Shown here: one piece after another, positions 32,738 through 49,666 of the stretch | Layout: each line of letters starts with the position of its first letter | How positions within the stretch are numbered: position 1 is the stretch's first letter | Assembly: GCF_009914755.1 (NCBI RefSeq) | Contig: NC_060927.1 | Length of the DNA stretch: 64,000 bases | Origin: the human T2T-CHM13v2.0 reference genome, Homo sapiens | Direction: 5' to 3' (one strand) | Position numbers and translations under genes: made by a program | The notes under the pieces: generated by a model | The model's input: the letters and a program-made list of their open reading frames with translations, nothing else | The model's database searches: none | Told to the model about the DNA's origin: nothing

Positions 32738-33380
32738 TCTTATTTTTACTTTATTTTTAGAGACAGGATCTCATTTTGTCACCCAGACTGGAATGCAGTG
32801 GTGTGATCATAGCTCACTGGAACCTTGAACTCCCAGGCTCAAATGATCTTCGCACCTCTCCCAAGTAGCTAGGACTACAGGCACATACTACCACACCTGG
32901 CTAATTTTTCTTTTTTGTATAGGCAGAGTCTTGCTATGTTGCCCAGGCTGATGACAAACTCCTGGCCTCGAGAAATCCTGCTGCCTGCTGGGCGTGGTGG
33001 CTCATGCCTGTAATCCCAGCACTTTGGGAGGCCAAGGTGGGCCGAACACTTGAGGTCAGGAGTAGGGGACCAGCCTGGCCAACATGGCGAAACCCCTTCT
33101 CTATTAAAAATACAAAAATTAAATTTAGAAAAAAAAGAAGGAAAAAAAATTAGCCGGGTGTGGTGGCATGCTCCTAGAATTCCAGCTACTGGGAGGCTGA
33201 GGCACAAGAATCGCTTAAGCCTGGGAGGCCGAGTTTGCAGCAAGCTGAGATTGCACCCCTGCACTCCAGCCTGGGTGATGGAGTGAGACTCTGTCTCAAA
33301 AAACAAAACAAAACAAAAAAACCCTCCTGCCTCAGCCTCCCAAAGTGCTGGGATTACAGCTAGTGCCACTGCACAAGGCC
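32738..33380. mobile_element. Nested Alus: sense AluS (~32987-33321) inside an antisense older Alu
   Basis: Host Alu resumes after the insert; TSD-like aaatcctgctgcct / aaaccctcctgcct. Confidence 0.88.
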
Positions 33381-35364
33381 TATCAGAGATGATTTAACAC
33401 TGCTGGTCACTCTCTCCTTGACACTCTCTTTCTTATCCTATCACATTTAGAAAGGAAGGTATGCGAAGTGGGAGGAAGCAGAGGTTTTAGAATTGCCTGT
33501 GCTGGAAACTGGAAGCTGGTGTCTGCATGTGTGTGAGATCAGATCAGATCAGAAGCTGTAAATTGCAGAACCAATCCAGAAATGGGAACCGGTGTGGTCA
33601 AGTAAAGTGGCTGGGAAAACCCAAAGAGGAAACCAGAAAGCAGTGTGAGACAAAGAAGAAAAGAACATTCTGAGTCTGAAGGGGAAAAGACTTCAAACCC
33701 AGACAAAATTCTGTGGAAGCCCTGTGACCTCTTCAGCTGAGTTTTATTTTCAAATTTCAGTGTGTGGAATCTCTTACTCACATTATAACTTAAGGACACT
33801 TTCTTATGTTTCTCAATACCAATGTCTCAGACTTACTTTTTTCTTCTCCGACTGGTCTTTCTCCCATTTAATCATCCGGGTTTCCTTCTATTTATCAAAC
33901 ATGTATTTATTGAATGACCACCATAAGCCAGGTATTGTGGTATGACATGAAGGTAAACAATGAACAAGATATAGTCCTTGCCCTCAAGAACTCACCTTAT
34001 TGACATCTTTTTCACTGACCACCTCATGTCAATGTTTCCCAAGATTCTTGCCTTGACTTTCTTCTCCCATTCACACCCATGGGGCATCAATTGTCTCATA
34101 TTACCAAGTGTTTCCCTGGCTTCTTTACCTGTCATCTCATATTGAAGATAGCCAACACTGGACATTCATTTGCCACCAAACCCAAAGAGATCATTATCAA
34201 CACAGAAACTCCTGAGTCATCCACCAACTTCCCTTACTCACCACGTAGATCCACAACTGAGTGGCAATTTTTTAAAATGTCATCTAAAAACCTCTCAAAA
34301 GTGCAGTCTCCTTTCTATTCTTTCTAACTCTACATTAATTCCAGTCCATCAGAACTTTGGAATGTTGTTCTAACTACCTACTTGTCATTCAGTATCTCCC
34401 CCTTCCAGTCCATCATAACTACTGATATCAGAATTATCTTTCTAAAAGGCAAATTTTATTTATTTTTACCCTTATTAAGATCCACCATTGATACTGTATC
34501 CATATGTTTTATCCCTATATTCTGGGCCTTTAGATGTCTTCTACATATTTCTTCTTCATCTTCATCTCTCAACACCCTGCTGGCTGAATACAACTGTTTA
34601 TGCCTCTCGAACATAGGAAGCTTTGGTTGTGCTCTATACCTTTTTATGCCCAAAATGCTCTAACCTCATTCTTTCTTCAGACAAATACTGACACCTTTCG
34701 ATGTTAGCTCAAATATTACTTTCCCTATTAAGCTTTTCCCATCTCTTCTAAACAGAATTGTGCAATCTTTACACTGAGCTCTGTATTCAGAGTGTACTTC
34801 TATGAAGGAAGAATCATGTGTGTTTTTATTCATTTAGATAACTGTATACTATTCCTTTAGTTATCTGTCTCCATTACTGGAGTGAGCCTAAACCTAGAGG
34901 TAGGGACCATGTACTTTTCAATTTAGTTTGTCCTGTACCTGGCACAATGGCTACCACAAGTCTTTGCTGAAAGAACAAATAACTCACAGACTAAACAATG
35001 AATGGAAAAAGAAACACTTTTCTTTTCCATTCATAGTATGAATATTAGGGCACAGCATGTATCTTCATGTATTTCAATATGTGAGAGGCTTGAGGAAAAT
35101 GAAATGAAGGTTAAAGGAGAAAAGAGAAATCAGAACAAACCACCGGTGTGCAGAGAAAACAAAGCTGACATCTAGGAAGGGAGGCAGAGAATCAGAAATC
35201 TAAGTAACATCTGCAAAGATTCCAGTGGGGCAAGAAATATAGGAATCTCATAAAATCCTTGTGATTTGTCTCTTCAAACCAAAACAAATTTTATCACTTT
35301 ATCATCTCAATAAAGACATGGCTATACACAGTTTAGTTCCTACGGAAAGTGGAAAAAAACTTAC

Positions 35365-36153
35365 ACTTGGCCAGCAAGGGGTCCGATCAAAAAACTTCCC
35401 AGAGTATATGGGTCTGATGCGATCTGGAGGTTCCACTCCTGATTCAATGTTTCCAGCCTCCTTTCTCTGTTCATGTTGTTGGGCAAACTGGCATTGGGGA
35501 GGTTCTATCACCAAGCCCATTTGGGGCTCTGTATTCTTAGTCTCATCTGGCCCCTCGGCTTGGGTTAGTCCAATGTCCACCTCCACAGGAAGCTTAATCT
35601 CTGTGTTGGGTTTCATTAAAACACAGGTAGACTCTTTTTCCATTTCCTGTCTTGGTTCCATAACGAAAGCAGGCTTTCCCACTAATTCCTCTACCCCTTC
35701 AGGGCCACTAGCCAAAGGAGCTCTCCTGCTCCCTGCAGCCTGTGAACTTCCACACACCCTGCCCAAAGGAGGCTGTATTATTCGTTCATGGGTATATCCT
35801 GCAAGAAGACTCTCATTTTCTAACCCCATTCTTCCTGGCAACAGAGAAGGTTTTGTTCCCTGTGAAGCTGAGACACTGTCGACTCCTAAACTACCCCTCT
35901 GCATGACAGTCCTAGAAATATTCTGTCTTTCTAATCCCATTTCAAGCCCCTTGCTCAATGGAAATTTTGTTTCTGGTGGTGCCATCCTTCCCTCACACTT
36001 ATTACTAACCACAGGGCTCTCCCCGCATCGGGAATCTTCTTTTCCTAATCCTACTCTGATCCCCAACTCCATGGGAAATTTTGTTCCCATGATGACCCTC
36101 TTGTCTCCTAAATCATCCTTTCCTTCGTGGGGATGTCCAATCTCCATGTTCAT
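35365..36153 (-). CDS. EFHB: EFHB coding exon 1 (aa 1-263)
   Basis: Part of ORF 35302..36270; MNMEIGHPHEGKDD...DRTPCWPS is the EFHB N-terminus; ATG at 36153; donor AGT|GTAAGT at 35364; 789 nt, phase 0. Confidence 0.96.
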
Positions 36154-36361
36154 GGACGATTTCTCCCCATTCTCATTTCTCCAAGAGCGCTCATCTCTAA
36201 GGGGAAAGCTGTACCTGGCTACAAGGACGCCTCCAATCCCTTGCGGAACCCCTCTCTCAGGAAAGAGCACAACCTCACTCGGACTCCCTGTCCATTGCTT
36301 CCTGCCTGCCTCTTAACACCTAGCCGAGTTCACAGAGGAAAAGATGGAGTCTGTTTATCAG

Positions 36362-36386
36362 GTTACCTGGGAAACAGGGGCGGGGC
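36362..36386. promoter_or_regulatory. EFHB proximal promoter: RFX X-box plus adjacent GC box
   Basis: GTTACCTGGGAAAC (36362-36375) and GGGGCGGGGC (36377-36386), ~210 bp upstream of the EFHB ATG; typical of ciliary genes. Confidence 0.7.
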
Positions 36387-36422
36387 TTGGCGCTCAAGTC
36401 CTGCTTGGACAGATCCCTGCCC

Positions 36423-36692
36423 ATCTCTCATTCTTCTCTCTCTCTCTCTCAATCTCTCTCTCTCTCCCCTCTTCTCTCTCCTCTGTCTCTCTCTCTCCCC
36501 TCTTCTCTCTCCTCTGTTTCTCTCTGCCCCCCTTCTCTCTCCTCTCTCTCCCTCTCCTCTCCTTTGCCCTCTCCCTCTCTCTCTCTCTCCCTCTCTGTGT
36601 GTCTCTCTCTCTTGCCTTTCCTCTCTCCTTTCTCCCTCTCTCCCCTCCCTCCCCCTCTTCCCCTCTATCCCTGCTTCCTCTCTCTTTTTCTT
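36423..36692. repeat. CT-rich polypyrimidine/polypurine low-complexity tract
   Basis: ~270 bp of almost pure C/T on the + strand. Confidence 0.95.
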
Positions 36693-36764
36693 TGCTAGAT
36701 TTGGAGGGCGAGAAAATTTGAGTGATGTGGCTTTCGGCGCATCAAATGTTCACCAACTTCTCTG

Positions 36765-36778
36765 GTTTCCCAAGCAAC
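36765..36778. promoter_or_regulatory. Second RFX X-box upstream of EFHB
   Basis: GTTTCCCAAGCAAC matches the X-box consensus. Confidence 0.55.
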
Positions 36779-37034
36779 ACAGTCGTTTTAGAATGGTTTC
36801 AACAATTGGCTTCTTCCTGGCCATTGGCCTCTTAATGTTGGTGATGATGAACAAATAAACTTTCTGGTGATGAACACTTTTTTTAGGTCCTTCCTTGTCC
36901 AAGTACCTCCGCCCTGCATGTAGTTATTTTAGTGCTAAAAAATGACTTTAAATTCTAGAAATATTATATTTGACAACTGTGGCATAAAGACATCTTAAAG
37001 TCCTTGAGAACACTTACACTTTAACAACTAGGCT

Positions 37035-39313
<2,279 letters not shown>

Positions 39314-39365
39314 CTATTTTCTACAACTTTCTAGAAGGTTAATATAAATATTCTTCTCCTTAGTT

Positions 39366-39540
39366 CTTTTTTTATGGTGCCAAATTTAAATAGTTTTATT
39401 TAAGACATTGCATTTTCCATTTGCAATACAGTGTTTATAAAGTGCAATGTTATTTCCTTCCACATGCACATGTTCCATACTCAAGTATTGAGAATGCCCA
39501 AGAATTTACTATAGCAGCTCAATTTTTAAACTGCTACAGA
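39366..39540 (-). pseudogene. Detached distal 3'UTR and poly(A) of the HSPA8 processed pseudogene
   Basis: Reverse complement GCTGCTATAGTAA...GCAATGTCTTAAATAAAACTATTTAAATTTGGCACCATAAAAAAA matches the end of HSPA8 mRNA, with AATAAA. Confidence 0.88.
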
Positions 39541-42316
<2,776 letters not shown>

Positions 42317-43708
42317 AAACTGCCACAGAATTTGCTACATATTTGGGTCCTTCAGTGTTTTAAGTGTGTGGAACAATGCTACATCTGTACTTGGGCTGGC
42401 TTATTCAGTGTTGGGCCCTGAGAAAGCACCATCAGAGGGAGGAGATCCACCAACAGTGAATCCCCTAGGCATTCCTCCTGCACTCTGCTAGAGCTTTGTA
42501 ATGATGGGATTGCAGACTCTCTCCAGCTCTTTCTGCTGATGTTCAAATTCTTCCTTCTCAACAGCCTGATTCTTATCTATCCAGTTAATAATTTCATTAC
42601 GCCTGACAAGAATCTTCTGTTTGTCTTCATCGTGAATCTTGCCTTGAAGTTTCTCATCTTCAACAGTTGCTTCCATGTTGAATTCATAGGATTCAAGGGA
42701 ATTCTTTGATGACACCTGTCTCTGCTTCTCATCTTCAGCTTTGTACTATTCAGCCTCCTGGACCACACATTTAATGTCTTTCTTGCTAAAATGGCCCTTG
42801 TCATTAGTGACAGTAATCTTGTTCTTTTTCCTGTACTCTTGTGCACAGCAGAGACACTGAAGATGCCATTGGCATCAATATCAAATGTGACTTCAATGTG
42901 AGGAACACCTGGAGTGCCAAAGGTATGCCTGTGAGTTGAAACTTGCCAAGCAGGTTGCTATCCTTGGTCATGACATGCTCACCTTCATAAACCTGAATAA
43001 GCACATCAGGCTGCCTGTCAGAGTAGGTAGTGAAGGTCTGTCTGCTTGGAAGGAATGGTAGTATTATGCTTAATGAGAACAGTCATGACTACACCATCGG
43101 TTTCAATACCATGGGAAGGAAGAATGACATACAAGAGCAACAAATCTTGAGCATTTTCAGATTTGTTGCCAGACAGAATGGCTGCTTGGACAGCTGCACC
43201 ATAAGCAACAGCTTCATTAGGGCTGATGCTCTTATTCAGTTCTTTTCCATTGAAAAAGTCTTGGAGAAGCTTCTGAATCCTGGGGATAAAAGTAGAACCA
43301 CCATCCAGGAAAATATCATGAATCTGTGACTTGTCTAGTTTGGTGTCTTGAAGGGCTTTCTCTATAGGGTCCAGGTGTCACAGAACAGGTCAGCATTCAG
43401 TTCTTCAAATAGGGCATGTGTAAGAGGTATAGACATTGATTCATTCATAGAGAAAATGGATCTCAATACTAGCCTGGCTGCTCAAGAAAGAGTGTACTTA
43501 GCATGTTCACAAGCAGTATGGGGATGTCAGACAGCTCTCTTATTCTCACTGATGTCCTTTGTATGCTTGTACTTGAACTCAGCAATAAAATGGTGGACCA
43601 CTTGGTTGTCAGTCTTTTCCACCTAAGTGGGTGTCTCCTGCTGTAGATTTCACCTCAAAGATTCCATCCTCAACAGTGAGGACTGACACATTAAAAGTGC
43701 CACTTCCA

Positions 43709-44310
<602 letters not shown>

Positions 44311-44566
44311 AAAAGTACCACTTCTAAGGTCAAAGATCAGCACATTTCATTGAGCTCCAACCTTTTGCCTAAGGCATAAGCAATAGAAGCAGCAGTTAGC
44401 TCATTGATAATTCTCAGTACATTGAGATAAGCAATAGTTCCAGCATCTTTGGTAGCTTTGATGCTGAGAATCATTAAACCAAGCTGATATTGTGACCACA
44501 GCATTGGTAACACTCTTTCCAAGGTAGGCTTCTGCCATTTCCTTCATCTTTGTCAGAATAACAGAG

Positions 44567-45080
44567 CAGCTGTCCCCAACCTTTTTGGCACCAGGGACCA
44601 GTTTCATGGAAGACAATTTTTCCACAGACCAAGTTGCAGGGGGTAGGATCGGGGGAAGATAGTTTTAGGACAATTCAAGCACATTACATTTATTGTGCAC
44701 TTTATATTATTATTACATTGTAATATATAATGAAATAATTATATAACTCACCATAATGTACAATCAGTAGGAGCCCTGAACTTGTTTTCCTGCCACTAGA
44801 CGGTCCCATCTGGAGGTGATGGAAGAGAGTGACAGATCATCAGGCATTAGATTGTCATAAGAAGTGCTAGATCCCTTGTGTGTGCAATTCACAATAGAGT
44901 TCACACTCCTATGAGAATCTAATGCTGCCACTCATCTGACAGGAGGGGGAGCTCAGGTGGTAATGTGAATGATGGGGAGCAGCTGTAAATACAGATGAAG
45001 CTTCACTGACTTGCTGCCACTCACCTCCTGCTGGGCAGCCAGTTCCTAACAGGCCACAGTCCAGTACCAGTCCATGGCCC
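44567..45080 (+). mobile_element. MER1A-like hAT-Charlie DNA transposon inserted in the pseudogene
   Basis: Starts cagctgtccccaacctttttggcaccagggacc; ~515 bp; HSPA8 sequence resumes on both sides; right terminus truncated. Confidence 0.85.
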
Positions 45081-45648
45081 TAGAGGACACCTTTCTGGAC
45101 AGAAGTTTTTTTTATCTCTCCCTTGTATTCTACTTGGACCTTGGGCCTGCCAACATTATTCACTACCATGAAGGGCCAATGCTTCATATCAGACTGGACA
45201 ACAGCATAATCAAGTCTGTGTCCAATCAGCAATCAGATTTGGCATCAAAAACTGTGTTCATGGGGTTCATTGCAACTTGATTCTTTGTGGCATCACTGAG
45301 CAATTGTTCAGTATCAGTAAAGGTGACATAGCTTGGAGTGATTCAATTTCCCTGATCATTGGCAATTACCTCTATTTTTACATGCTGGAAAACACCCACA
45401 CAAGAGTAGATGGTGCCAAGATGAATACCAACTGCAGGTCCTTTAAACAGGGTTGTTTGCATGTAGGCCGGATTGGATTCTGAAGAAAGACATAGGAACC
45501 CCAAAAGTGGCCACAGCATTCAATAAATCCCCATAAATTCTTCAAATGACTTTGCAGTATGTAAATCCAGGTAAGGGCTCATTCAATTCATTCATTCATT
45601 CTACAAACAGGTATTGAGTCCCTCCCTATTTTGTGTCAGTGTTGGGAA

Positions 45649-45925
45649 TACAGTTAGCCCTCTGTATTCCATCGAAAGTATTTGAGTTAAAAAATGAAAA
45701 AAACACAAAATAATACAAATTAAAAAAATACAACTATTTACATATCATTTACATTGTATTACTTATTGTAAGTAATCTGAAGATGATTTAAAGCATACAG
45801 AATAGCCTACATGCAAATACTACACCATTTTACATGAGACTAGAGCATCTGCAAATTTTGGTACCCACATGGTGGGGGAATAAGGGAGTGTCCAAGAACC
45901 AATCACAAGCAGATGGACTGACTGT
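45649..45925. mobile_element. MER2/Tigger-like DNA transposon remnant
   Basis: cagttagccctctgtattcc...gagcatctgcaaattttggta...gaaccaatc motifs. Confidence 0.6.
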
Positions 45926-48900
45926 ATAACCCAACCCCTATCTCATGGAGCTTATATTCTAGTAGGGATAGATAACCATTAAGTGGAACGATGCGTAATA
46001 TCATATCAAATGGTGCTAAGTGTTATGAAGACAATGCATAATATCATATCAAACAGTGCTGTTATGAAGACAACAGACTACTTCGATATGTAACAAAGCA
46101 TTTAGAATTAGTGGGCTTAGAAGTCCCTTAGGTAGATGACATTTGAGCTGAAGCCTGAATGATGCCCTCCAAAGACACAAGCTTTTGAAACATGACTAGC
46201 TTAAGTTTTCACAGCCTTTTATTCACTGACTTGCTACTACGCCAATGTTAGAGTTACCGTTGGTTTGTCTCCAGGAAAAATTTTGAATTGTCTCCAGACA
46301 GTTCCAGTTAAAAGTAAATGTAACCATTCATTATCATCTATGCAAAGATTCATTCTTTAGCTACACAAGGGAGGACAGATTTCCTGGAAGAGAAGGAAAA
46401 GGTTATGGGATCCTGTGAATGGTAGAGAGACACCTGCCACTGGGAATTTGTTATTGAGTATTTAGAGATTTGAGGGCAGTATAAGCATCAAAGACAGTGT
46501 TTAAGTCTTCATGATTATTTATCCATTTTGTACCTTCCTTAACAAGTTCTATCAACTGGTAGGACTCCACATTTGACACTAAAATATATACAATTATCAG
46601 TCCTCCTCAGTTATCTGGGGCTATGAAAAAGAAAACATAGGCATATTGCAAGTGGCAATAAAACAACAGAGCTTTACTGTGTCATTTCAATTTCTCTAAA
46701 ACTACTACCGGATCTTTAGAAATGCCAGCCACCAGGGCAGCACTCTTCCAGGCAAACATTATGACTAAACTGTAAAATATTGTGAAAAGTATTCATGAAG
46801 GAGGTGAAGACAAAATCACTAAACAGGAACGAGTGAAGAAGCAACATACTGGAACGATGAAATAGGGAGTTTTTTGCAATTTATAAATTTCAGCATCAAA
46901 TGTTTTCATTGTGAGGTCTTCTTAATGTTCGTGATTCTAAATGTAATTAAGTTCACCAATACTTTGGGGGTCCCTATTATAGCAGTCAAGGGTCTTCTGT
47001 GAAGAACTGAAATGATGAATAACTGATGGTCACAGCCCTTAAAAACCTTATAATTCAATGAAAGGCTAAGGAGAAAAGTCCAGGTGCTCATTAGCTATTA
47101 AAATAAGGCAGATTTTAAGACAGCCATTATACAGAGTAAGGCAAAGTATTGTGAAATTACAGAAAAAATAATAATTGAATCCAGTAGAAGTATCTGCAGA
47201 TGCGGTCCAAAGGAACTGGTGTCCTGGCTAAGACGGAGCCAGCAGTTATGGGCAATGATAGTGTTCCATGTGGAGAAAATAAAGTGATCAGATACCAAGA
47301 TGGCAACACACAGGCAATATTCAGGGAACACAGACCAGATACGTGTGATCAGGGAACAAATAAAGAGTATGGGGAGAGGAATTCTATAGAAATAGAATGA
47401 AAGAAACTTGGGTTGGGACTAGAGTTAAAGAACTTTAGACTGTCAAGTAATGACATAGCATTGAACATTTTTTAGTAGAGTGGCTAAAATGTAAAGAATG
47501 GACAGAAAGAACAGCAGTATGCATTAATTTCAGTTTATATAAACACTACCATGGACCAGGTGTTGGGATTAGACTTCAAATTTGGGGATTAGATAATTTG
47601 TTGATAGAATGGACAATGGTTTGTGAGGAGAAGAAAGAGGTGAAGCTGATTCTGCAGTTCCAAGTCTGGGTGACTGGGAGGATGTTAATGCCAGTCTCTA
47701 AGCAGAAGCAGGTTTGGAGTGGAATAGGTTTCGTTTTGGGCATACTGTTGACATGACAAAACTGATGTCACATATCCTATTTCCTGACTCCTCCTGGGAT
47801 TGTCCCAGAGCTATTACCATGATTAATAGTTCATATTGAACAACTCCTTGAGAATAAAATGCCACAGGTATCATTTACGTATGACACATTACGTTCTTCT
47901 GGCAACTAGGTAGTTGATCTGAAAGACGGGCTGTTCAAAGTTCAAATCATCTTAATTGCACAATGCCGCCGACTGTACGCCCATAAGATACCTTAACCCG
48001 GTACACTTCAAAGACAATATTCTCGCCCTTACAACAGAGCTATACATTGTAAACTGCAAACTGAAAAGTAGCCTTTATTCTGAAGGAAAATCAATTTAAT
48101 ATTCTTCCACTAAATTATCAAAACAATTTTTTTGGCGGAGGCTGGGGAGGGGGTGGTGGCTGAAGCCTCGCCAGAGACTGAATGTGGTGTGGGATTCAAC
48201 TAAAGCAGCACATCTTCAGTAGGTCCCCCGTGGAGGGTAACGAACATCTTGGGTTGTCTTTCACCAGAATTGTGTTCAACAACTCACGTTCTGGAGCCAA
48301 CCCGCCGCAGATCAGAATCCAGCTTCTGCACCACACAGCCGTGATCTCGGACAAGTTACTCAATCTCTTGTGTCTCAAATTCTTTACCTATAAAACATCT
48401 ACAACTAGAACTGAAGACTTGGCTGCCAGGCACTGGGCTAGACATAGATTTACAGCGGTGAGGACCACCAAGGGGAGCTAAAATTCGAATGTAGGGAACA
48501 GACGATTAACAAGTTAGTTTCAGAATGAAAGACTCGAGTGTAAGAATTCAATGGGATAATTCCTGTAAAGCGTTTAGTACAGTAAAGAGCGAAGGGAAAT
48601 TCTGAATAAAAGGCAGACACTATTTTAGGATTTGGCCTTCCCCGCCCCCTACCAAAACCACGTAAACTCTTAACAGAAGCGACTTCTTATTGTCAGGCGC
48701 CTAAAGGCGGCTTTTGGGATAGGGAGGGTCCTTTCTTCCTCCTTGGGGTAAATGCGATTTAGCAGCCTTTACCGACCTACCCAACCCCAGGGCCATTTTG
48801 TGGGAGGAGGTTCTCTCGTGCTGGACAAGTTCCCTCTAATAAAGCCCCTTAGCCGAGATGCCAGGATTGGGGTTAGGGAACCTCGCCGCTCCCACAAGGG

Positions 48901-49229
48901 CTGGGCACAAAAAACAAACAAAAAAACACAAGTTATTTTGATCTTCCCCCAAAGAATAGTAAAGGAATTTCCCCCGACCCCGGCCGCCAGGAGCCCAGAG
49001 ACCCCCCAGCCTAAATAACAATGGCGCTGGAGAGGGCGTGGCCGCGCGTACCTGGGGTGGGGGAAGGGGAGAAAGGCGGCCAGTTCGGATCTGAGCCACT
49101 CGCAGGGTCACGTGATATCCTGCCTCGCCCCGCCCCGCGAACAAACCTAGGCGGGGAGGGATTCGGGAAGGGGCGAGGAAGCGGAAGGAGCAGGCGGACT
49201 GGCGATGGTGGGAAGTGACGAAGTGGCGC

Positions 49230-49395
49230 AGTTCGCTGCGTGCAGCGACGTGGCGGCGGGGCCGGCACCGGGCAGCGGAAGTGGCTCCGGCGGTGGGACT
49301 TGGGTGTTTGTGTTTTGGTTCGTGAAGGAGCCGGCGGCTGGCCTTAGGGGAGGAGGCAGAGGGAGGAGGAGGAGGAAGAATTAGTCGGAACTCCA

Positions 49396-49432
<37 letters not shown>

Positions 49433-49666
49433 AGGAGGAGAAAGGAAAGAGGAAGGGGGAGCGGCGAGAGGCGGAGACGGAGCCCGACAGGGGCGGCACC
49501 ACGGCACGAGCCCCGCACAGTCCAGTGTGAGGGGAGCGGCGCTAAGAGCAGGCGACGCCGCCGCCGCCACCACCACCGCCATAGATACACTCTCATCCTA
49601 CGGGCCACGCCTGGGCCTTGCTGCCAGGAAGCTTCGGCCCCGCAGCTCGGCTTGCTGCGGTCTCAG
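49230..49666 (+). other. RAB5A: RAB5A non-coding exon 1 (5'UTR; start approximate)
   Basis: GC-rich leader in the CpG island ending at donor CAG|GTAACC (49667). Confidence 0.85.
49401..49439 (+). repeat. (GGC)10(GGA)3 trinucleotide repeat in the RAB5A 5'UTR
   Basis: Read directly from the sequence. Confidence 0.97.

Noticed and set aside
35261-36316. 351-aa plus-strand ORF antisense to EFHB exon 1
   Set aside because: It lies in the antisense register that shares third codon positions with EFHB. Stops there need Tyr codons or T-preceded His/Gln codons, which are scarce in this exon, so the frame is passively open. No recognisable domain or promoter.
36127-36858. Leu/Ser/Pro-rich ORFs over the CT tract
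   Set aside because: Artefact of a stop-free pyrimidine repeat.
48836-49582. 248-aa minus-strand poly-Pro ORF across the RAB5A promoter
   Set aside because: Low-complexity ORF in a GC-rich CpG island; it would need an antisense TSS downstream within RAB5A exon 1, which the sequence does not support.
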